Origin: Heptranchias perlo | Taxonomy: Eukaryota | Assembly (NCBI RefSeq): GCF_035084215.1 | Contig: NC_090326.1 | Span: 16,616,001 to 16,680,000 of the forward strand | Length of the DNA: 64,000 bases | Reading direction: 5' to 3' | Shown: positions 46,168-58,349 of the stretch, piece after piece | Layout of the letters: every line of letters starts with the position of its first letter | Numbering within the stretch: position 1 is the first letter of the stretch | Translations under genes and position numbers: made by a program | Notes under the pieces: model-generated | Told to the model about the DNA's origin: nothing | What the model saw: only the letters and a program-made list of their open reading frames with translations | Database searches by the model: none

Positions 46168-47153
46168 TTGTAAACAATTTTACAACACCAAGTTATAGTC
46201 CAACAATTTTATTTGAAATTCACAAGCTTTCAGAGGCTTCCTCCTTCCTCAGGTGAATGTTGTGGAAATGAAATCCTCGAACCCTTCGCATTTATAAATC
46301 ACAGAACAATACTTGGTGATTACAGATTGCCTTGGCAACGGGTAGTTGGAAAGACTATCACAGTGTGCAGACAGAGAGGTGTTACCTACAAGTCCACCGA
46401 ATATACAAACCACCAAAAAAAGGCAGAAACATAGAAAAGACAGCAGTATGAACCATACTCCTGTGACTCGGCCAACGTTGTCTACCTCATACGTTGCAGA
46501 AAAGGATGCCCCAGAGCATGGTACATTGGCGAGACCATGCAGACGCTGCGACAACGGATGAACGGACACCGCGCAACAATCGCCAGACAGGAGGGTTCCC
46601 TCCCAGTCGGGGAACACTTCAGCAGTCAAGGACATTCAGCCACTGACCTTCGGGTAAGCGTACTCCAAGGCGGCCTTCGAGACACACGACAACGCAAAAT
46701 CGTCGAGCAGATATTGATAGCCAAGTTCCGCACCCATGAGGGCGGCCTCAACCGGGATCTTGGGTTCATGTCACGCTACACGTAACCCCACCAGCGAACA
46801 AATGTTATCTGTTTTTAATATAACGGGTCATTTGCTGTCTTTTCTATGTTTCTGCCTCTCTCTTTTTTTTTTGGTGGTTTGTATATTCGGTGGACTTGTA
46901 GGTAACACCTCTCTGTCTGCACACTGTGATTGCCTTGGCAATGGGCAGTTGGAAAGACTATCTGTAATCACCAGGTATTGTTCTGAGATTTATAAATGCG
47001 AAGGGTTCGAGGATTTCATTTCCACAACATTCACCTGAGGAAGGAGGAAGCCTCCAAAAGCTTGTGAATTTCAAATAAAATTGTTGGACTATAACTTGGT
47101 GTTGTAAAATTGTTTACAATTGTCAACCCCAGTCCATCACCAGCATCTCCACA
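46168..47153 (+). mobile_element. Penelope-like element: inverted pseudo-LTR, GIY-YIG 3' fragment, pseudo-LTR
   Basis: About 280-bp inverted arms (46166-46446 / 46833-47121), TSD TCAAATTTTAAA, hammerhead-like motif in each arm. Confidence 0.9.
46456..46785 (+). pseudogene. GIY-YIG endonuclease C-terminus of the Penelope ORF (5' truncated)
   Basis: YSCDSANVVYLIRCRKGCPRAWYIGETMQTLRQRMNGH...VGEHF...GLNRD, one open frame to the stop. Confidence 0.9.
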
Positions 47154-47894
47154 TCAAATTTTAAAATTCTCATCCTCACATTCAAATTCCTCCACGGCCT
47201 CACCCCTCCCTATATCTAACCTCCTCCAGCCCTACACCCCTCCGAAAAATCTATGCTCCTCCAACTCTGGCCTCTTGTGCATCCTCCCCACTTCCTTCAC
47301 CCCAACATTGGCAGCCTTCAGCTCCCTCGGTCTTAAGCACTTTATGGAGCATTCCCTCCCTAAACCGCTCCACCTCCTTGTTAAAACCTACCTCTTCCTG
47401 TCCTAATGTTTCCTTCTTTGGCTCGGTATCAATTTTTGTCTGATTACACTCGTGAAGCGCCTGGAGATGTTTTTCTACGTTAAAGGCACTATATGAATGC
47501 AAATTATTATGCAACACAAGGAAGTCATCTGTAAGGGCGAGCACAGAGGTAGTGTTAAAATAAAGCCACTAGAAAGTTCACTTTTACAATGTTCTGAATG
47601 ATGTTGTGTTGAAGGTATTAAACCCCCTAATCAGCAGTAGCAGCACAAATAGCAAAGCTCACTCTGCTCATCAGGAGGTTGTTATTGGTGTCATAAAAGC
47701 ACATGCTCAGGGAGGCACAGGTAGCTGTACATTCTGAAAGTGATAGTTCAGAAGCTGGAAAGATGCCAACAGTTTATGCAATCTATTTTCTCCTGTAGAA
47801 GTCACCGCTGACATTGCCAGTATATTTAGCACAGAAAATCTCTTTGGCACTATGTATTTAAAAAAAAACAATATTGGGAAACTGAGGAGAAGGA

Positions 47895-48373
47895 ACAGAA
47901 AGAACAAACTTGCATTTAAGCAGTGCCTTTCACAACCTCAGGACGTCCCAAAGCACTTCACGGCCAATGATGTACTTTTGAACGATAGTCGCTGTTGTAA
48001 TGGAGGAAACGTGGCAGCCAATTTGTGAACAGCAAGGTCCCACAAACAGCAATGTGATAATGACCAGATAATTTTTTTTTAATATAAAAAGTGATATTGG
48101 TTGAGGGATAAATATTGGCCAGGACATCGGGGAGAACTCCCCTGCTCTGCTTCGAATAGTGCAGCGGGATCTTTTACGTCCACCTGAAAGGATAGACGGC
48201 ACCGCAGTCTAACATCCCGTCTGAAAGACGGCACCTCAGACAACGCAGCACTCCCTCAGTATTGCACTGGAGTGTCAGCCTAGATTTTGTGCTCAAGTCT
48301 TTGGATTGGAGCTTGAACCCACAACCTTGTGGCACAGAGGAGAGTGCGCTACCCACTTGAGCCATGGCTGACA
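47895..48373 (-). mobile_element. Deu-SINE, full length
   Basis: Complete head to tail on the minus strand. Confidence 0.88.
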
Positions 48374-49010
48374 CTCACATAATTGTAACATCACCATGAT
48401 TGAGAAGAGGAGAGAAGATGACGAGGGAAATATTAGGTGGTTCTGAGGCAACACTAAGTTTTGATTTTAAAATCCTGTGCAGGAAAGCGGAGATAGAGAA
48501 ATGCCAGGAATTTTAGAGTCAACATCCTGAAGAGAAATGAGTTAGATATAAAAACGTGCGACCTTTTGAAACTGGTTGGGACAAAAACAAGGACAAGAAG
48601 GAACAATGATCCTTGAAAATAAACTAAAAAGGTGCACAGGGAAGGATGCAAATCTAAGTTTTATCAGATCCAAGGAGGAAAGTGCAGGTGTAAAAGACAA
48701 AGGAAGGAACAAAGAGTAAAGTCAAGCGAAGTTCAATGATTGAGCTAATCATAGATAAGATAAGTGATTGCGCAGAAAAACTGAAATCATTCAATGAAGA
48801 TCTTCAAAAGTTGTAGTGTGGGTGTTTGGGGAATACCTAGAAGTACAAATGCTGGGAATCCTCGTGAAGATCTAGCAACTGCCGAGTGCAAAAATTAGAA
48901 AAACATCTCAGGACATGGCAGCCCCTTCCCCTTCCCCCCCACACAGGCATTTCAACCACAGGAGAGACCAAGTCAGCACAAGGCAAGTCAGAATCTGAGG
49001 GTTCAAATTC

Positions 49011-49081
49011 CACTGCATGGTCTAATGGATAAGGCATCTGATGTTATCAGAAGATTGCAGGTTCAAGTCCTGCCACGGTCA
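49011..49081 (+). pseudogene. tRNA-Arg(TCG)-derived pseudogene
   Basis: TGGTCTAATGGATAAGGCATCTGA..ATCAGAAGATTGCAGGTTCAAGTCCTGCCACGGTC matches vertebrate tRNA-Arg-TCG as recalled; anticodon loop damaged, most changes are CpG transitions; followed by TTTT with no CCA. Confidence 0.8.
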
Positions 49082-49159
49082 TTTTACACATGGGTGAAAA
49101 CACATCCTACATGGACCGGAACTTTAGATTTTTTTCTATGTTGGAAATTGAGTTTGAAA

Positions 49160-49529
49160 ATGCCAGGAAGAGAAGAAAGCAGCTCTCAAGAGCACCGAAA
49201 GCCTTGAATAAAGCGCCATAAGGGCAGCAAGGAACGGAGAATGTCGAGGTAGGAGAGTTACTCAATCTCAATCTCCAAAGTGATGAAGCAGGTTCACCCT
49301 CGACACCGGCATCTCCACCAAGGCGAGGATCATCATGAACTCCTTGGTGGACAATATTTTTGAGCGTATCACGGGTGAGGCTTCCCGCCTGGCCCATTAC
49401 AACAAGCTCCACACCATCAGCTCCCGGGGGATCCAGGCCGTCGTATGCCTGCTGCTGCCCGGAGAGCTGGCCAAGCACGCCGTGTCAGAAGAGCCAAAGG
49501 CTGTGACCAAGTACACCAGCTCCAAGTAA
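49160..49529 (+). pseudogene. Histone H2B pseudogene
   Basis: ESYSI...[37 protein letters not shown]...[24 protein letters not shown]; frameshifts and stops in the 5' half; no 3' stem-loop. Confidence 0.92.
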
Positions 49530-50084
49530 AACTCCACAATGCACTAAAAAAAACTGGCAGTGTCAAAATACAAAGCAATTTGCCACCAACGCATTAACCA
49601 ATAATCTACAAATATGCACCTCCCCTCCACCCCCCGAATAAAGTGATCAAGTACGTACCACAAATAGTCCCCTAGTGGGCAATATACAAGTAACAAAGTA
49701 ATTGTAAGGACTATTTTCTTTCAGGCTTCATTATTAAAATGTTTTGCTTACTCTTGTTTTTTTAGTTAACATTTAATGAGTGTTAAAACTAGGAAGATGT
49801 GAGTTGGGCTTTGATCGTGTCATAACTTTTGACTTTGGCACTAATGTATTTAAGGATGGTTACATGTTCCGTTAGGAGGTAGGCAACGATCTATACGTAG
49901 CTACGGATCTGGATCAGAGGACGGCATAATAACACTCGATATGTACAGCCTGGAACTCTGATGTTATCGCTTTGCTTTACATTATAACTCAATGTTTAAT
50001 GTGGCGTTACTTTCCACTAAATTATGTTGCGTATTTGAATATCTGTGGCCCAAGAGGCTGGATGGTGTGCCACGGCAGGAAGAG

Positions 50085-50897
50085 CAAAAATTTCCTCCAA
50101 CTAAATATTGGAAAGACCAAAGCCATTATCTTCGCTCCCTAGTCACCAACTCCATCCCTCTAACTGAGCACTGTCTGAAGCTGAACCAGGCTTTCGCAAC
50201 CTTGGCAACGTATTTGACCCTGAGCGGAGCTCCCAGCCCCATATCGTCTCCATCTTCAAGGCCACCTACTTCCACCTCCATAACATCATCCATCTCCGTC
50301 CTTACCTCAGCTCATCTGCTGCTTAAACCATATCTTTGTTATCTTCAGTCTCGGCTATTCCTACGCTCTCCTGGCTGGCCGCCCACCTTGCACCATCTGT
50401 AAACTTGAGCTCATCCAAAACTCGGCTGCCCGTATCCTAATGTGCACCACGTCCCCTTTATCCATCACCCCTGTGCTCGCTGACCCCCACTGGCTCGTGG
50501 GCCCAGAAACACCTCAATTTTAAAATTCCCATCCTGGTTTTCAAATCCCTCCATGGCCTCACCCCTCGCTATCTGTGTAACCTCCTCCAGCCTTACAACC
50601 CTCGGATCTCTGCACTCCTCCAATACTGGCCTCTTGTGCATCATCGATATTCATCACTCGACCATCGGCGGCCGTGCCTTCAGCTGCCCAGGCCCCAAGC
50701 TCTGGCATTCCCTCCCTAAATCCCTCCGCCTCTCTCTCCTCCTTTCAGCCACTCCTTAAAACCTACCTCTGACTAAGCTATCGGTCACGTGTCCGAGTAT
50801 GTGGCTCGGTGTCAAATTTTATTTGTTAACGCTCCCGTGAAGCATTTTACTATGTTTTATTCTGTTAAAAGTGCTAAATAAATGCAAGTTATTGTTC
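50085..50897 (+). mobile_element. L2-type LINE 3' fragment
   Basis: Collinear with the reverse complement of 42583-43400. Confidence 0.85.
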
Positions 50898-51399
50898 TTG
50901 GATTCAACACAAGCCCCATAGATAAAGGGACGTTATGCTAAACAGACAGCAAGACCCAAAAAGACTCCTTGAATGGCACAGAGGCTACACTTAAAACTAA
51001 CACTGGTGCATAACAGTATTCCACTTCGCTCCAGAGTCGGGTTGGGCCCAGACTCCAGATATGTACGATAAGTGCAACTATGGCCCAAGGCAGACTTCAG
51101 AGTCCAGATTTACAGCAGTTTTATCCAGACTTTTGGACAAGTCTTTAAATAAAACCAAACGGTGGCAGTGGAATTTTCCCGACATACCAATTTAATTTCT
51201 GAACAGCGCTCCTACAGTCACTCAACATGATCTTTGGAGCTTGTTATCTGTAATCACAATGATGCTGATAATGCCTTGGGTGAAGACCAAGATGTGCGTG
51301 CGTGTATTATGCAAAACTTCCTTGTTGGGGGGAAATCAGCGCTCCATCTGGATTTTCAAAATGGTAAAAATTAAAATTGGAAACAAACTGCCTTGATAA

Positions 51400-51862
51400 A
51401 AGAACTTGCACTTATATAGTGCCTTTCATAATCTCAAAGTCCCAAAGTGGTTTACAGCAATTAAGTACCTTTGAAATGTAGGAATCACAGCAACCAGTTT
51501 GCACACAGGTAGATCCCATAAACAGCAATGTGATAATGGCCAAATAATCTTCTTTTAAAACTGATGTCAGTTGAGGGATTAATATTGATGACGACACCGG
51601 GGTGTGTGTGGGGGGGGTGGGGGGGGTGGAGAACTCCCCAACTCTTTGAAATAGTGCCATGGGATCTTTTACGTTCACCCAAGGCGGCAGACGGGGCCTC
51701 GCCTTAACATTTCATCTGAAAGATGGCACCTCTGATAGCGCTGCACTCCTCACAGTACTGCACTCGAGTGTCAGCCTGGATTATGCGCTAAAGTCTCTGG
51801 AGTGGGACTTGAACCCACAACCTTCTGACTCAACCTGCTACCCACTGAGCCATGGCTGACAC
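51400..51862 (-). mobile_element. Deu-SINE
   Basis: Head, core and tail present. Confidence 0.85.
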
Positions 51863-54452
51863 CAAAATAAAAACAACAGGAGCATTTGAAAATGTAAAAT
51901 TTCTCCTTGGTCTTCTGGGACTTGAAGTTCAAATTAAAAAGGAGTATTATGGCACTCCTGTTCTGCAAGGTGAAGGAACCTGAGGGGCCCCTTTCATAAT
52001 AGAATTAATTTGATTAAATTACTTATTGATGCATCAACACGTGTGAAAAAAAGTACCATCACAATTTATGGGGTGGGAGAGGGGTGATCAATGAGCCTGT
52101 TGATAGTTAATTGAAGCCGTCTACCAAAATGTGCTACCCAACCACAAAATACCACGGCTTGAGATTTCAGATGAGCAATGGTCACTGCTCCATTTGTCTT
52201 GCTTTTGGCTCATGCTCACTGGGTACCATTTTTAAAGAGAGGATAACTGGCATAAGCACTTCGATTGACAAGCTTTATGGCGAGGAGAGAGGTTCTTCTC
52301 CATCTCAGCATTTGCAGGAGTGCCATTAAGACAGAATGAACTTTAATAAAGCATATTAAAAAAAAAGTTAAGCAGCTCTCTTCACAATGTCTCTTAGAGA
52401 TTGAGCAGTTTTTGTAAAGTCCATCACAGGTCTCAATAGTCACTAAAGCCGTACCCTCCAAGAATCAGAACCCACCTTGCAATATTACAAGACCCAGTAT
52501 AGTGCTGTGCAATTATTAATAGGATTTACAAATAAATGTTAAAGCAGACACACCAAGGTGGGGCGGTATTTGTCGGCTTGGTTCCTGGTCACAGATTACA
52601 GAGAAACAGAGTTTCAGCCCAATGAGGAAGGAGGCATTGCTGGACTTGGTTCTGAGGAATGAGGCGGGCCAAGTGGAGCAAGTGTCAGTGGGGGAGCATT
52701 TAGGGAGCAGTGATCATAGTATCATAAGGTTTAGAATAGCTATGGAAAAGGACACGGGCCACTCTAAAGTAAAAATACTCATTGGATGGGGGGCCAATTT
52801 CAATGGGATGAGAACAGATCTGGCCCGGGTAAATTAGAATCAAAGATTGGCAGGCAAAACTGTAAGGGGGGCCTTTAAAGAGGAGATGGTTCGGGTACAG
52901 TCAAGGCACATTCCCACGAGGCAGAATGATAGAGCAACTAAAGCCAGAGCTCCCTGGATAACAAAAGAGACAGTGAGTAAGATGAAACAGAAAAAAAAGG
53001 GGCGTATGGCTGATGTCAGGTTAATAACACAAGTGGGAACCAGGCAGAATATAGAACGCTCAGAGGGGAGGTGAAAAAGGAAATAAGGGGGGCAAAGAGA
53101 AAGTACGAGAAAGACTGGCGGCTAACATAAAAGGGAATCCAAAAGTCTTCTGCAGGCAAAAATAATAGTAAACAGGTAGTAAGGAGAGGTGGGGCTGATT
53201 AGGGACCATGAAGGAGATCTACTCGTGGAGGCAGAGGGGATGGCCGAGGTACTAAATGAGTACTTTGGCAGCATCTTCTTCCTTGGTAAAGACATATGCA
53301 GAGTCTCAGTAAAGGAAGATATAGTTGAGATACTGGATGGCTAAAAATTGATAAAGAGGAGGTACGAGAAAGGCTAGCTGTACTTAAAGTTGATAAGTCA
53401 CCCGGTCCGGATGGGATGCATCCTCGGTTGATGAGGGAAGGGTGGAAATTGTGGAGGTACTGGCCATAATCTTCCAAACATCCTTAGATATGGGAGTGGT
53501 GTCAGAGGACTGGAGAATTACAAATGTTACACCCTTGTTCAAAAAAGGGTGTAAGGATAAACCCAGCAACTACAGGCCAGTCAGTTTAACCTCTGGTGGG
53601 GAAACTTAGAAACGATAATCCGGGACAGAATTAACAGTCACTTGGACGAGTGTGGATTGATTAGGGAAAGTCAGCACGGATTTGTTAAAGGCAAATAGCG
53701 TTTAACTAACCTGATAGAGTTTTTTGATGAGGTAGCAAAGAGGGTAGATAAGGGTAAATCAAAAGAATGAGGAGAATCCACACACTGACGGGAAGAAGCA
53801 GTTTATTGCTTCAGCCAGTAAATTAGGATATGTGGCAAAGACAAAGAAAGCCAAGGCAACCAGGTCAGATGTGGTGTATATGGACTTTCAAAAGGTGTTT
53901 GATATAAAATGCTGCATGGTAGGCTTGTCATCAAGATTGCGGCCTGTGGAATAAAGGAAGCAGTAGCAACATGGATACAGAATTGGCTAAGTGACAGGAA
54001 GCAGAGAGCGGGGGTGAACGGCTGTTTTTCGGACTGGAGGGAGGTGTACAGTGGTGTTCCCCAGGGGTCGGTGCTGGGACCACTGCTTTTCTTGATATAT
54101 ATTAATGACTTGGACTTGGGTGTACAGGGCACAATTTCCAAATTTTCAGATGACACGAAACGTGGAAGTGTAGTGAACAGTGAGGTGGATAGTGATAGAC
54201 TTCAAGAGGATATAGACAGGCTGGTGGCATGGGCAGGCACGTGGCAGATGAAATTTAATGCAGAAAAATGCGAAGTGATACATTTCAGTAGGAAGAACGA
54301 GGAGAGGCAATATAAACTAGAGGACAATTCTAAAAGGGGTACAGGAACAGAGAGATCTGGGGGTATATATGCATAAATCGTTGAAAGCAGCAGGGCAGGT
54401 TGAGAAAGCAGTTAAAATAAAAACATACAGGATCCTGGGCTTTATAAATAGG

Positions 54453-54692
54453 TAGCCATGATGTGGAGATGCCGGTGATGGACTGGGGTTGACAATTGTA
54501 AACAATTTTACAACACCAAGTTATAGTCCAACAAATTTATTTTAAATTCCACAAGCTTTCGGAGGCTTCCTCCTTCCTCAGGTGAACAGTGTTCCACAGC
54601 GTTCACCTGAGGAAGGAGGAAGCCTCCGAAAGCTTGTGGAATTTAAAATAAATTTGTTGGACTATAACTTGGTGTTGTAAAATTGTTTACAA
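54453..54692 (-). mobile_element. Penelope-like fold-back mini-insertion inside CR1
   Basis: 94-bp perfect inverted arms (54494-54587 / 54601-54694), TSD TTTATAAATAGG, intact hammerhead motif in both arms. Confidence 0.88.
54602..54640 (+). ncRNA. Minimal type-I hammerhead ribozyme motif (mirror copy on the minus strand at ~54548-54586)
   Basis: UUCAC-CUGAGGA-A-GGAGG aag CCUCC-GAAA-GCUU-GUGGA: conserved core, stem II, palindromic AGCU in place of stem III, and stem I; activity not shown. Confidence 0.6.
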
Positions 54693-56129
54693 TTTATAAA
54701 TAGGGGCGTAGAGTACAAAAGCAAGGACGTTAAGATGAACCTTTATAAAACACTAGTTCAGCCACAACTTGGGTATTGTGTCCAGTTCTGGGTGCAGCAC
54801 TTTAGGAAAGATGTGAAGGCCTTAGAGAGGGTGCAGAAGAGATTTACTAGAATGATTCCAGGGATGATGGACTTTAGTTACGTTGTTAGACAGGAGAAGC
54901 TGAGGTTGTTCTCCTTGGAACAGAGAAGGTTGCGAGGAGATTTGATAGCTGTATTTAAATCATAAAAGGGTCTAGACAAAGTAGATAGAGAGAAACTATT
55001 CCCATTGGCAGAAGGAAGGGTCAAGAACCAGAGGACATAGATTTAAGATGATTGGCAAAAGAACCAAAGATGATGTAAGGAAAAACTTTTTTTTTTCAAA
55101 ATAAAAATACAGCAAGTGCTTAGAATCTGGAATGCACTGCCCAAGGGGGTGGTGGAAGCAGATTCAATCATGGCCTGCAAAAGAGAACTGGATAAGTACT
55201 TGAAAAGAAAATATTTGCTGGGCTACAGGGATAGGGTGGGGGAGTGGGACTAGCTGGATTGCTCTTGCATAGAGCCGGCGTGGGCTCAATGGGCCGAATG
55301 GCCTCCTTCCGTGCTGTAACCTCTCTATGATTCGGAATGCCTAGATCGTCGGCTACAAGAGTGTTTGAGCACATCAAAAGCACGAGGAGAATCCACACAC
55401 TGATGGGAAAAAGCGGTTTATTGCTTCAACCAGTAAATTAGGATATTTGGCAAAGACAAAGAAAGCCAAGGCAACCAAGTCAGATTTTCCAGACTGTCCA
55501 AGAATAGGCCCAGTTTTAGGCTTCAGCTGTCTACTCCAACTACACTGGCATGGATTAAGAATACTATTAGCATACCCTCACAACTCCCTGCCTTTAATCA
55601 GGATACCACCGAGGTGGCATGCATGGCTTCCAAGATAGCAAAATAAGTCAGTTAATTTGCCAGTTCTACAGAAAGTCATGCTGCTATCAAAGTGCTGACC
55701 CAAATCCCACCCTTTCAAAACATTGCATGTAGGAGGTGTCATTATTAGATGAGCAGGGAGAATAAACTCATTGACTTAAAGTCAAATCCATGATTTTATT
55801 TTTGCAGAACTTCTGTAGTCTTCAAATTGTGTGTTGTCCGCTTTGGAACTGGAACACTTTGCATTTAAGGCACCCATTACCCTCATTAAGCACTACTAGA
55901 CGCTGATGACCTCCCCCTCCGCACAAGGAATAAAAAGGAAATGAACTTGCATTTCTATCGCATCTTTCAAATCCACAGGAGATTCCAAAGTGCTTCACGG
56001 CCAAAGGATTAGTTTTGAAATGTAGTCACTTATGTAGGGACACGCAGCCAGTCTGCACATTGCAAGGTCTTACAAACAGCAAATGAGAGAAAAATCACCA
56101 GAAAATCTGTTTTCTTGTTGGTGTTGATT

Positions 56130-56592
56130 ACATAGAATGTACAGCACAGAAACAGGCCATTCAGCCTAACAGGTCTATGTGGGTGTTTATGCTCCACACG
56201 AACCTCCTCCCACCCTTCTTCATCTAACCCGATCAGCATATCCTTCTATTCCTTACTCACTCATATGTTTATCGAGCTTCCCTTTAAATGCATCAATGCT
56301 ATTTGCCTCAACTACTCCTTGTGGTAGCAAGTTCCACATTCTAACCACTCTCTGGATAAAGAAGTTTCTCCTGAATTCCTTATTGGATTTGTGTCTATCT
56401 CACATTTATGGCTCCGAGTTTTGGTCTCCCCCACAAGCGGAAACATCTCTACATCTACCCCATCAAACACTTTCATAATTTTAAAGACCTCTATCAGGTC
56501 ACCCCCTCAGCCTTCTCTTTTCTAGAGAAAAGAGCCCTTGCCTGCTCAGCCCTTCCTGATAAGTATAACCTCTCAATTCTGGTATCATCCTT
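56130..56592 (-). mobile_element. CR1 3' fragment, same subfamily as 6930-7990
   Basis: 3' UTR shared with 6930-7380. Confidence 0.85.
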
Positions 56593-56669
56593 AGGGAGGA
56601 ATGTTGGCCAGGACAACGGGAGAAATCCTCTGCTCTTCTTCAATTAGTGCCATGGGATCTTTTATTTTT

Positions 56670-58040
56670 TTTATTCTTTCATGGGATGTGGGCGTCACTG
56701 GCGAGGCCAGCATTTATTGCCCATCCCTAATTGCCCTTGAGAAGGTGGTGGTGAGCCGCCTTCTTGAACCGCTGCAGTCCGTGTGGGGAAGGTTCTCCCA
56801 CATTGCTGTTAAGTCGGGAGTTCCAGGATTTTGACCCAGCGACGATATATTTCCAAGTCGGGATGGTGTGTGACTTGGAGGGGAACGTGCAGGTGGTGTT
56901 GTTCCCATGTGCCTGCTGCCCTTGTCCTTCTAGGTGATAGAGGTTGCGGGTTTGGGAGGTGCTGTCGTAGAAGCCTTGGCGAGTTGCTGCAGTGCATCCT
57001 GTCGATGGTACACACTGCAGCCACGGTGCACCGGTGAAGGGGGTGAATGTTTAGGGTGGTGGATGGGGTGCCAAAGAAGGGGGCTGCTTTGTCTTGGATG
57101 GTGTCGAGCATTTTGAGTGTTGTTGGAGCTGCACTCATCCAGGCAAGTCGAGAGCTTTCCATCACACTCCTGACCTGTGCCTTGTAGATGGTGGAAAGGC
57201 TATGGGGCATCAGGAGGTGAGTCACTCGCCGCAGAATACCCAGCCTCTGACCTGCTCTTGTAGCCACAGTATTTATGTGGCTGGTCCAGTTATGTTTCTG
57301 GTCAATGGTGACACCCAGGATGTTGACTGTGGGGGATCCGGTGATGGTAATACCATTGAACGTCAAGGGGAGGTGGTTAGACTCTCTTGTTGGAGATGGT
57401 CATTGCCTGGCGCAAATATTACTTGCCACTTATCAGCCCAAGACTGGATGTTGTCCAGGTCTTGCTGCATGCAGGTTCGGACTGCTTCATTATCTGAGGG
57501 GTAGCGAATGGAACTGAACACTCTGCAATCATCGGCGAACAGCCCCATTTCCAACCTTATGGTGGAGGGAAGGTCATTGATGAAGCAGCTGAAGATGGTT
57601 AGGCCTAGGATACTACCCTGACGAACTCCTGCAGCAATGTCCTGGGGCTGAGATGATTGGCCTCCAACAACCACTACCATCTTCCTTTGTGATCGGTATG
57701 ACTCCAGCCACTGGAGAGTTATCCCAGATTCCCATTGACTTCAATTTTACTAGGGCTCCTTGGTGCCACACTCGGTCAAATGCTGCCTTGATGTCAAGGG
57801 CAGTCACTCTCAACTCACCTCTGGAATTCAGCTCTTTTGTCCACGTTTGGACCAAGGCTGTAATGAGGTCTGGAGCAGAGTGTTCCTGGTGGAACCCAAA
57901 CTGAGCATCGGTGAGCAGGTTATTGGTAAGTGCCGCTTGATAGCACTGTCGACGACACCTTCCATCACTTTGCTGATGATTGAGAGCAGGCTAATGTGGC
58001 GGTAATTGGTCGGATTGGCTTTGTCCTGCTTTTTGTGAAC
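56670..58040 (-). mobile_element. CR1/L2-group LINE (third family) RT 3' fragment; another 3' piece at ~60950-61310(+)
   Basis: NYRHISLLSIISKVME, ALDIKAAFDRVWHQG, QGSILG, FADD, ILGVTID, IYKAQVRSVME. Confidence 0.9.
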
Positions 58041-58349
58041 TTGAGCAAGCAGATTGGGCCTCAATTTAAATTTTTATTCTTAAATAGCCGTTCTTAGCAA
58101 AGATAGACTACTGTGACCTCAAAGTTAGCGCAAGAAAATAAACAAGATCAAGCCATTCAACCCTTTGAGCAAAAACAAACACAGGAACACAAACCCAAAT
58201 AAAGATGTTGATAAGCACAGCATTGAGCTGGCAACCATGGCTCAGTGGCAGCATGAATGAATGAATGACCATATAAGTCTGTTTTGGACGCTGTTATGTG
58301 AGGGAGTTATGTTGGCCAAGACATTTGGAAGAACTCTTTGCTCTTCTCG

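Larger units (their letters stand above)
45755..47510 (+). mobile_element. L2-type 3' fragment interrupted by the Penelope element
   Basis: L2 sequence ...GCCTCAAATTTTAAA resumes as ATTCTCATCCT after 47165. Confidence 0.8.
52620..55333 (+). mobile_element. CR1 LINE ORF2 fragment (end of endonuclease through RT and 3' UTR) with two internal insertions
   Basis: LLDLVL...[39 protein letters not shown]; same subfamily as 8085-9340. Confidence 0.93.
55935..58090 (-). mobile_element. Deu-SINE carrying two nested LINE insertions
   Basis: SINE segments 55935-56129, 56593-56662 and ~58045-58090 are collinear with intact copies. Confidence 0.6.

Noticed and set aside
49011-49081. Functional tRNA-Arg
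   Set aside because: The anticodon loop is shortened and mutated and the acceptor stem is mismatched.
49335-49529. Functional short H2B variant
   Set aside because: The upstream part has frameshifts and stops, conserved residues are substituted, and there is no promoter or stem-loop.
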